A DNA stretch of 64,000 bases from Octopus vulgaris (lineage: Eukaryota). Each line of letters starts with the position of its first letter. Positions within the stretch are counted from its first letter, which is position 1. The notes beneath the pieces are model-generated. The model was not told the origin of the DNA and ran no database searches. It was given only the letters and a program-made list of their open reading frames with translations. Of the stretch, positions 54,135 to 64,000 are shown in pieces. Made by a program: the position numbers and the translations under genes. The stretch lies in assembly GCA_951406725.2 (NCBI GenBank), contig OX597838.1, positions 36,952,001 to 37,016,000 of the forward strand, given 5' to 3'.

Positions 54135-54745
54135 TAATGATGCTGATGCTGATGGTGGTGGTGGTGGTGGTGGTGGTGGTGGTGGAGAATGCATGATGGT
54201 GATGATGATGATAATTGTGGTGTTGGTGGTGATGGTGGTGGTGGTGGTGGTGGTGGTGGTGGTGGCTTTTATGAGGTTGGCAACAGCGGCAAAGCGATTA
54301 TGAATGATGAGGATAATGAAGGTGGCGCTGGTAGTGGTGGTGGTGTTGGTGGTGATGCTGGTAGTGGTGGTGGTAGTGGAGGTGGTGGTGGTGGTGGTAG
54401 TGGGGGTGGTGGTGATGGTGGTGGTGGTAGTGGTGGTAGTGGTGGTGGTGGTTGCAGAGGTGGAAATTGTGGCAGTAATCATGATGATGATGATGATGGT
54501 GATGATGGTGGTGGATAGTGGTGGTGATGGCGGTGGCGATGGTGGCGGCAGATGTGGTGGTAGCAAAGATGGTGGTGGTTGCGTGACATTGATGATGATG
54601 ATGGTAATGTCAGGGGCTACATGATGATGATGATGGTGGTGGTGGTGGTGGTGGTGATCATTGTAGTGTTAGTGGCTGTGTTGATGATGATGATGACGAT
54701 GACGATGATGATGACGATGTTGATGATGATGATGATGATGATGAT
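54135..54745. repeat. (GGT/GAT)n low-complexity tract
   Basis: Directly visible; similar tracts at 43750-43940 and 47010-47120. Confidence 0.92.
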
Positions 54746-55091
54746 GTCTTTATAACGCTCTCAAATTAAAAATCCCGACACGAACAATTTCTCAATGCAA
54801 GGAAGGGAATGACATGAAAACCTCCAAAAGGATTACTGTGACTCTGACATCCATCAGGGTACCTCCACACTACCCTACACAGTACCCTGGTAAAAAAAAT
54901 CATACTGAGAAACAGCAATAACAGTAATAACAACAACACAAGCATCCAAGGCAACAATAAGTACCAGAGTTGAAAATAAGAACCAGGGGGCGCTTTGTTC
55001 AGCTAACGCCTTCAAGGTAGTGCTCCAGCATGGCTACACACCAATGACTGAAGATAGTAAATTATAAATTGGACATTTCTAATGCCATTTC

Positions 55092-55492
55092 AGAAACCTG
55101 GACGTTATCAAAGAAGCTTGAGAGGCGGTTGGATGGACCCTACACTCACCTCCTTATGAGAGCTCAAAATCTCTCGTGGAAGCGCCATCCAACCAAAATG
55201 CAAATATATGGGAAACTACCACCTGTGTCATCTCTTGTGAAAGGTAGGAGAGTCCAGTTTGCTGGACATTGTTGTAGAGCTGAAAAAGAGGTATTTTCTA
55301 CTCTTCTCCTCTGGAAGCCATCTACTCGCAATACCAGAGGGCGCACACTCTCCTACCCTACTCTGATGTAATCTCCAGGGATACAGGCATCCAGCAACAG
55401 GACCTCCGTAATGCCATGATGGACCGTGAAGTCTGGCGTAGCATGGTAAATTCCATTGTCTCGACCACGGTCAAACAGTGATGATGATGATC
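55092..55492 (+). mobile_element. RTE-type LINE 3' fragment
   Basis: ETWTLSKKLERRLDG...LSWKRHPT...RRVQFAGHCCR...LLLWKP; after a frameshift DVISRDTG...MMDREVWR; (TGA)n tail. Confidence 0.85.
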
Positions 55493-55496
55493 ATGT

Positions 55497-55742
55497 GGAG
55501 GTGCATAGCTTAGTGGTTAGAGAATTGGACTAATGATTCTCAATTCGTAGTTTCAATTCCTGTACCAGGCAGTGAATTGTGTTCTTGAGCAAAACACTTC
55601 ATTCCATGTTGCTCCAGTCTACTCAGCCGGCAGAAATGAGTAATTCTGCAATGGACTGGTGTCTCATCCAGGTGGGGGATATACATATGCCATGAAACCG
55701 GGTAACTGGTCCTCATGATTTGGAGTGACTCGAGAAGGTGAC
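55497..55742 (+). mobile_element. SINE family D head and centre with V-domain-like tail
   Basis: tRNA-like head, GTGTTCTTGAGCAAAACAC centre, then CTGCAATGGACTGGTGTCTCATCCAGG...GAAACCGGG. Confidence 0.7.
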
Positions 55743-55854
55743 TCAATGCCATTTTGTATGTTGTTGCCATGTAGCGTTGGTGACTCTACAATGCAAGTCT
55801 TCCCAATTATGTGTGAGCTCTCCCATCAGATGAAGCCATAGCATTATTTCCATT

Positions 55855-56260
55855 ATTTACTCTTTTACTCTTTTACTTGCTTCAGTCTTTAGTCGAGTAA
55901 ATCGACCCCAGGACTTATTCTTTGTAAGCCTAGTACTTATTCTTTGTAAGCCTAGTACTTATTCTTTGTAAGCCTAGTACTTATTCTATCAGTCTCTTTT
56001 GCCGAACCGCTAAGTTACGGGGACGTAAACACACCAGCATCGGTTGTCAAGCGATGTAGGGTGGGGGGGACAAACACACACAAATATATATATACATATA
56101 TACGACGGGCTTCTTTCAGTTTCCGTCTACCAAATCCACTCACAAGGCTTTAGTCGGCCCGAGGCTATAGTAGAAGACACTTGCCCAAAGTGCCATGCAG
56201 TGGGACTGAACCCAGAACCATGTGGTTGGTTAGCAAGCTACTTACCACACAGCCACTCCT
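55855..56260 (-). mobile_element. SINE family A with internal 22-bp triplication
   Basis: ACTTATTCTTTGTAAGCCTAGT three times at ~55913-55978. Confidence 0.85.
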
Positions 56261-56600
56261 TTTACATTTGCCAGATATTTGTCCTCATCTTGTTTGTTGT
56301 TAACACAGCATTTCGACTGATATACCCTCCAGCCTTCATCAGGTGTCTTGGGGAAATTTCGAACCTGGGTTCTCATTCCTAAGGTATTTTCCGATGTTAT
56401 CGTAATCATCACCCCCCCCCCCCACCATCATCATCATCATCATCATTATTCTGTAAGGGCTTTCAGCAATTTGCTCTGGATTTCAGCAACAGGGTTAAAA
56501 CGGCAACCTCTGAGCTACACTTTCTTCTTGAAGAAGAAATGGAAGTCTGCAGGTGTTAAATCTAGCAAATCGGGCAGAAGTGATTCCATGTTGTTTTTAC

Positions 56601-56638
<38 letters not shown>

Positions 56639-56709
56639 TCACTGCCTGGAATCAAACTTGGAATCTTGGGGTTAGTAGCATGTGCTCTTAACCACTACGC
56701 CATATGCCC
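56261..56709 (-). mobile_element. Second copy of the tRNA head/HHR tail element, with a mariner fragment (56451-56593) in its microsatellite spacer
   Basis: Tail ACAC-CTGATGA-AGGCTG GAGGGTATAT CAGTC-GAAATGCT-GTGT; head GGGCATATGGCGTAGTGGTTAAGAGC; head followed by a short self-inversion CATATGCCCATGGGCATAT. Confidence 0.75.
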
Positions 56710-57079
56710 ATGGGCATATAGAACTGTAATAGCATTACTTTGTTCTGACCTTCTAATGATGTTTTCTTTGCAGAGATATTGTGGGTGGGGTGTGGTTGAC
56801 CATTGCCAACTCCAAATGGATGACCGTTGGCCTACAAATAATCTCATCTGCTCTTCAACATATCCTGTTTATAGTCTTGCTGGATGTCCAGACACCCTCC
56901 TCACAAGAGGAGCAAACTACTCAAGTAGATGAATTTGGTTTAGTTACCAATGATTTGACTATGGAAAAAGTAGTAATGGTTTATGAGGCAGTGTGTCGAG
57001 CAGCATCACTGGGTTTACTCTGCAAGTTGTGAAATTTGTGTTTTTGTGATCACGTGTGTGCTGTAGTCGGTGATTCTTC

Positions 57080-57824
57080 ATGGACAGGAACAAAAGAGCC
57101 AACGTGAAATTTTGCGTTAAATTTGGGAAATCTGTTACATTGAGCACCGGCCTCCGTGCTGGTGGTACGTGAAAAGCACCATCCGATCGTGGCCGTTTGG
57201 CAGCCTCGCCTGGCACCTGTACCGGTGGCACGTAAAAAGCACCCACTACACTCATGGAGTGGTTGGCGTTAGGAAGGGCATCCAGCCATAGCAACATTGC
57301 CAGATCAGACTGGGCCTGGTGCAGCCTTCTGGCTTCCCAGACCCCAGTCGCACTGTCCAACCCATGCCAGCATGGAAAGCGGACGCTAAACGATGCTGAT
57401 GGTGATGAGCATGCTTTAGCAAATTTACGGTGATGAGGCAATGGGTCGTACTCAGTGTTCTAAGTGGCACAGGCACTTCAAAAGTGGGAAAACGTCCCTG
57501 GAAGACAATGAGCAGTTTTGAAAGACCTGCCACAAATATCACCTCCAGAACTGTGGTATTATGCATCGAGAATTTGTCCCCGAGGGCCAAATCATCAATT
57601 GAGAGTTCTACCCTCTTTTTTACCCTCTTTTACTTGTTTCAGTCATTTGACTGCAGCCATTCTGGAGCACCGCCTTTACTCGAGCAAATCGACCCCAGAG
57701 CTTATTTTTGGAAGCCCAGTACTTATTCTATCGGTCTCTTTTGCTGAACCGCTAAATGACGGGGATGTAAACACACCAGCATTGGTTGTCAAGCAATGCT
57801 AGGGGGACAAACACAGACACACAA

Positions 57825-57877
<53 letters not shown>

Positions 57878-58390
57878 TACGGCGGGCTTCTTTCAGTTTC
57901 CGTCTACCAAATCCACTCGCAAGGCATTGGTCGGCCTGGGGCTATAGCAGAAGACACTTGCCCAAGATGCCATGCAGTGGGACTGAACCCGGGACCATGT
58001 GGTTGGTTAGCAAGCTACTTAACACACAGCCACTCCTGTAACATTTTGAAGTGTTTGAAGTGAGGACATTTGGTGAAAGCAACCAGATCTGTGGAGTACA
58101 AAAACTGGTTTCTTCACCGAGCTCTTCTCACCAAAAGCAACATGGAATCACTTCTGCAGCTGCCTGATTTGCCAGATTTAGCACCTGCAGACTTCCATTT
58201 CTTCTTCAAGATGAAAGTGTAACTCAGAGGTTGCCGTTTTAACCCTGTTGCTGAGATCCAGAGCAAGTTGCAGAAGGTACTTACAGAAAATGACTTCCAG
58301 GCCAGATTCCCATAGTGGCAGCAACGCTGGAACCAGTGTTATTACTGCACAATGTGGCTATTTTGAAGAAGATAATGTTAAAACTTAGGT
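57080..58390 (+). mobile_element. Decayed mariner transposase split by nested family E and family A insertions
   Basis: MDRNKRANVKFCVKFGKS; IYGDEAMGRTQCSKWHRHFKSGKTSLEDNE; PDLAPADFHFFFKMK*LRGCRF...WQQRWNQC..GYFE. Family E insert at 57147-57405 has a TGAGCA TSD. Confidence 0.82.
57620..58040 (-). mobile_element. SINE family A, full length
   Basis: Consensus match. Confidence 0.9.
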
Positions 58391-58397
58391 AAATAAG

Positions 58398-58805
58398 TAG
58401 GCGCAGGAGTGGCTGTGTGGTAAGTAGCTTGTTTACCAACCACATGGTTCCGGGTTCAGTCCCACTGCGTGGCACCTTGGGCAAGTGTCTTCTGCTATAG
58501 CCTCGGGCCGACCAAAGCCTTGTGAGTGGATTTGGTAGACGGAAACTGAAAGAAGCCCGTCGTATATATGTATGTATATATATGTATGTGTGTGTGTATG
58601 TATGTTTGTGTTTGTCCCCCGAGCATTGCTTGACAACCGATGATGGTGTGTTTACGTCCCCGTCACTTAGCGGTTCGGCAAAAGAGACTGATAGAATAAG
58701 TACTGGGTTTACAAAGAATAAGTCCCGGGGTCGAGTTGCTCGACCAAAGGCGGTGCTCCAGCATGGCCGCAGTCAAAATGACTGAAAAGAGTAAAAGAGT
58801 AAATA
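58398..58805 (+). mobile_element. SINE family A, full length
   Basis: Consensus match; inverted relative to 57620-58040. Confidence 0.9.
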
Positions 58806-60329
58806 AGTTATCTTTTATTAAAGATAACCAGTCTAGAAGACACTTATTGATTAACACCTTGTACGAGGGAGCAGAAGCAGGTCTTGTTGGCTTGTAATGA
58901 GGTCCCTCGTCTGCCTCCATAATTTCATATGTAAGCAGTTTTTAAAACATAAACTCCAAACAGCACACTCCACTCGTTTCTATTTCCATGATGCTGAAGT
59001 TTACAGTTTAAGTCATCAATTTTCATTCAATAGTCTTAAACTAGTTAAGAAAGCACCTTTGCAAACTTGCTTTGTTACTTTATGTTTAAAGACTTCAATG
59101 TTGTTCTTTGATTTCGTTTGATAGATTTTAAGCTTGTTTAGAAAGCGTAACAGTCAAACACACACGGTAACGACCAGAATAAACACTGCATACTCTATTT
59201 CTGCTCCTCCACCTTCACACCATTCCTCTTACTCCTCCGCCTCCCCTTCTGTTCCCACATCCTTCGCATCATCATCTCTGTCCTCATTGTTATTTTTCCT
59301 CCTCCTCCTCATCACAGAATAATTCTGGATTTTATTTTTCCTCAAGAATTCACACATGAGGGGAGGGGGAAAAACGAAAATTATGTAAAATACATAAAAA
59401 TGACATATCTTATGATTTTAACACATTCCCCACCACCATCACCACCACCACCAGCACCACCACCACCATCACCACCACCACCATCACCACCACCACCAGC
59501 ACCACCCGCACTGGCACCGGTGTCTTATTTTTTTTTTTCTTTTCCCCCCCTCTTTTGTTTGTTTTTGTTTAATTCGATTCTTATAACATCCTGCAATACT
59601 AAACATTTTGGAATAAAATTCTTCAGAGATCCATGTTAGCTTTTAATTCCTAGAGTGTTGAGTAACAACGAAATTCTTTGTTCAATTCGATTGGAAAAAA
59701 AAGAAAAGGAAAACAAAAAAAAACAAAAAAAAAAATAATAATAATAATAACAAAAAAAAGATACAATAAAACAAACAAAAAACCTCCCCGAAAAACATAG
59801 CAAAATCCAATCCAACAAAAACAAAATACAAATAACAACTAACTTCACCGTCTGCAACACATAGACACATATACACACGTATATACATGTGTGTGTGTGT
59901 GGGGGTTGTTTTATGTGGATTTCTGTTGCTAAACAACTTTACCGTTTCATATTCATCCGATATCTCAGTTGTTGGAAGCGGTAGAAAAGGGGTGGACTGG
60001 AGGGGGTGCAGCCAGTCTGTTTGTGTTCTTGTTTGTTTTATTGGTTTTTAGCTGTTTGGAATATTTTTGCTGAATTTCAAATATAGCAGGTAGAAAGCTA
60101 CACACCCATCTACACATATTTACTCATATATATATATAGATATATATATACACACAGACACACACACACACACACACACAGACTCACATACTTGCAGAAT
60201 ACAAATGTAAAATATATACATATATATACATACATATATATATAATATTATTACATACAGACACACACATATACAAATATATTAATGCAAAAGTATGCAT
60301 ATAATTATATAGATGAGCACACACACGGA

Positions 60330-60379
<50 letters not shown>

Positions 60380-60879
60380 CATATAAGCTTATTATATGCA
60401 CATGCTCAAAAATGTATATATTTGTACTCATATATATATAAGCATATGTAAATATGTATGTATATACATACACGCACACATGTAGGATATAAACATATAT
60501 ATACATACAGAAATATATATGCATACATGCATTTATATCTATATATATATGCATATATATATATGCATATATATATATACATGCGATTATATTTTGCATG
60601 CATATATGGATGTGCATATCTTTGTGCGTCCTTCATTGGAGTTCTATCTTGGTGGAGTCTTGTTTTTGGCATTCAGGGAGGTAATGGATCTGTCACCCAA
60701 GTGCATATGGTTCATCGTATTTGATAACGAGGTGACAGCTACCTTTAATGGTGTGTATGGGCGTGGTTGTGTGTGTGTGTTTCTATATTATATGTATATA
60801 CATATACCTGTGCATATATAAATCTATCTAGTATATATATATATATATTTTTATTTATTTATATGTATGTGCATTTATG

Positions 60880-60919
<40 letters not shown>

Positions 60920-61097
60920 TATATGTATATGTATTTAAATGTGTGTGTGTATATATGAATGCAAGTAAATATAAATAAATATACCATGTGTGTAGGTATT
61001 CACACACTTGTATGCACACATTCACACATGCACGCACACACACACACACACATGCACACACACGTGTGTTTGCATATGTGGATGATTGGATTGATGA

Positions 61098-61156
<59 letters not shown>

Positions 61157-61521
61157 TCATGTGCGTGTGATGATGATGATATATATATATATATATATAC
61201 ACATATATATCGTCTACTGTTGGTGTCTCTTAATCTTGTTACGTCACCCACAGAATGGCAACATAAACAAAGACTCCTTCCTTTTGTCTGTTGGTTGGTT
61301 TTTGCTGACGACACAGAAGTTCTTCCTCTTCTTAGTTCTGTACATCCAAGTCTCAGGAAGTTTTAGTGTTGTTCGTATCTTAATTCCAGTTACATTTAGT
61401 GCTTCCATATTTTTGGTACTTTCTGTTCAGTTGACATCGTTTGGTTGATTTGCGGCTTTTGTGCCTCGCACAAATACTTCTCTATATCTCCCCTCTCTCT
61501 CCATCTCTCTCTATCTATCTA

Positions 61522-61556
<35 letters not shown>

Positions 61557-61561
<5 letters not shown>

Positions 61562-61860
61562 CGTGACCGACCAGGCTATCAGATGTTGTTACACATCGCT
61601 GGTCACAATGCACTTCATATTGTTTTAGCCTTCAAATGTCACCACCCCGCTGGCTAAGCGAGCAGGCCAACAGAAGAAAGAGTGAGAGAAAGTTGTGGCG
61701 AAAGAATACAGCAGGGATCGCCACCACCCCCTGCCGGAGCCCCGTGGAGCTTTGGGTGTTTTCGCTCAATAAACACACACAACACCCGGTCTGGGAATCG
61801 AAACCGCGATCCTACGACCGCGAGTCCGCTGCCCTAACCACTGGGCCATTGCACCTCCAC
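61557..61860 (-). mobile_element. SINE family C with non-V tail, well preserved
   Basis: Minus strand GGAGGTGCAATGGCCCAGTGGTTAGGGCAGCGGACTCGCGGTCGTAGGATCGCGGTTTCGATTCCC. Confidence 0.85.
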
Positions 61861-61884
61861 ATATATATATATATATATATACAC

Positions 61885-61930
<46 letters not shown>

Positions 61931-62796
61931 GTGCATTTTGTGCACTAATTATGAAATCATATGATCTGCGGCTGAATCTGTTTTTAAAAGGCTCGCTTCA
62001 AGAGTTGCATTCCCTCGTGTTTGGTACAATGTATTTATTATGGTAGTTTTGACTTTAAGAGTCCCTCGTAGCATGGGCATTTATGTATAGTAATGCCCTT
62101 TAATAAATATAAATATATTTAAAGGGAATAATTAATAATTTTTCCCTTATGATGTTTTTAATGCGAACTACTTGATAAATTCTTATAAAGATTTTATCCT
62201 AATTTTAAATATGTATATATATAATTTATATTCAAATGAATATGCTACTTAAGTTGAGGCACCATAATTAAGTATGGTATTATCCATGTTTTGGCATAGT
62301 TTTTATGGCTGGATGCCCTTCCTAACAACAACAGCTAATTTTAGATCACCTTAAAAATGTGTAATCATGTATTTTCAGAAATATTAATTTCAATAATTTT
62401 TTCTACATCTAAATATGTTAACATAACGGAAACAGTTGTTGGCTTTGTAACGTGAATTCCACAATTAAAGATGTGATTTTGTTGTCTGCTACTCTGAATT
62501 TCTCAAAATTCTTCTAAATGATATTTGGATCGAATTGCCATACATGAGGGATTACCTTGGATGTGTTTTCTGCTTGCATCTATTGGTGTCTGATCATTGG
62601 ATATTGTGAACCAAATTCATTTAGAAATGAGTGCTTTATTGATATCTCCCTGGATATTTTAATCCATTTTTTCTCTTCCTATATTTATATATATATGTAT
62701 ATATACCTACTACCAACAAAACACTACCACGTGGATTCTATTGAGACCAGTAAGAAACAATTATGAACTTTTCTATTACACTTAACTTTTTAAAAT

Positions 62797-62841
62797 ATTT
62801 TTGATAAGGTTCGTTTTTTCAAGAACCGAAACACGTAAAAT
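62797..62841 (+). ncRNA. Minimal type-I hammerhead motif, U3-A8 core variant
   Basis: ATTT-TTGATAA-GGTTC GTTTTTTCAA GAACC-GAAAC AC GTA-AAAT. Confidence 0.5.
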
Positions 62842-62911
62842 TCCTAAGAAATTTATCTAATATAGTGGCATTTTCAAACTTCTTTTTTACATATATATAT
62901 ATATATACATA

Positions 62912-63760
62912 CAGGATGCAGTGGATATATTGTCATCTAAATTATGCAGAAATGAAAATAACACTGACGTCTCATTTTACCAAAATTACATAAAAATATC
63001 TTGAAATACTAAAGAGTAAATTTATTCAATGAAATTGCCATTGGCTTCAACCACAGCCTCCAGACGACTTTGGAATCTCCTGCAACCCTTCTAGAGGGTC
63101 TCCTTGCTTAAGTTGGTGAATGTTGCCATAATCCTTGCCTTCAGTTTATCTTTGTTGTTACAAGGAGTTTTGTTGGACTCTCACTCAACTGCACCCCACA
63201 CATCATAATGAAGGGGGTTGCAGTCTGGGGAGTTAGGTGACCAGATGTTAGGGGTGATGTAGTCAGAAATTGCCTGACAGCTGTGACTGGATTCTCCTGC
63301 TTGTGTGGCATGATGCAGAGTCCTGTTGCCCAACATTAGGGTCTTCCAGCAGTCACCTTCTTGACCCAGAGCAGCACTACCTCCTTCAGGCATTTGATGT
63401 AGGCCTCCATGTTGAGTCTGAGGCCATGTGGGAAGATGAATGGAAGCATAATGTCACCATCACTAGTGATCACTCCAAACACCATGATGTTTAATGGATG
63501 TTTGAGTTTTATCCCTCCCAGTAAATGTCCTCAGATTGCACTGTCCTCAGATTGACACCCAAACACTCCAGTATGAATGCTAAGTGGTACAGCATATCGT
63601 TTCCAAATTTCTGGCTAAATGAATTGTCATGGTGTTGTTTTTCTCACTGACAGTGCCCTACTGACCCTACTATACTGTGTAGTTGATAAAATCAAAAACA
63701 AACAATGTACATGAGCAAAATAAAAAATTAAAATGGTGACAACTTACTCATTGCATGCTG
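62912..63760 (-). mobile_element. Decayed Tc1/mariner-superfamily transposon (possibly maT/DD37D-like)
   Basis: Degenerate TIRs CAGGATGCAGTGGATATATTGTC / GACAACTTACTCATTGCATGCTG, flanked by TA; IMVFGVITSDGDIM and IWSPNSPDCNPLHYDVWGAVE. Confidence 0.8.
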
Positions 63761-63794
<34 letters not shown>

Positions 63795-63925
63795 TACATA
63801 TATATACATACACACATATATATATACACACACATATATACACACACACACACATATATATGTATTATATATATTATTTAATGTTATAAATGTATATTAA
63901 ATATTTAAAATTAACACTTTATATA

Positions 63926-63964
<39 letters not shown>

Positions 63965-64000
63965 TACATACTGATGTGCATGCATATATATATATATATA

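Noticed and set aside
58863-58910. Hairpin ACGAGGGA...TCCCTCGT as a miRNA precursor or SECIS element
   Set aside because: It is too short, has a large internal loop and lacks correct SECIS geometry.

Overview
Eukaryotic, AT-rich, extremely repeat-dense DNA, most likely intronic or intergenic sequence from an octopus (coleoid cephalopod). The species call is an inference from the SINE families and the microsatellite load. No intact host protein-coding gene, rRNA, true tRNA or CRISPR array is supportable, and nearly all listed ORFs are microsatellite or SINE artefacts. Supported content: about 25 copies of one tRNA-headed SINE plus four other modular SINE-like families (my labels A-E); decayed CR1/L2-type, RTE-type and R4/Dong-type LINE pieces; a Penelope-like element (RT plus GIY-YIG); several Tc1/mariner relics and MITEs; a Merlin-like MITE with an 8-bp TSD; and a 31-bp minisatellite with higher-order structure. 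The most striking hidden structure is about a dozen minimal type-I hammerhead ribozyme (HHR) motifs in Penelope-like termini. They include C3-G8, U3-A8 and G3-C8 core variants and often sit in fold-back pairs. One family joins a tRNA-like Pol III head to an HHR-bearing tail, a candidate Penelope-mobilised SINE. All structures were derived by eye and not computed; coordinates of degenerate repeats are approximate.
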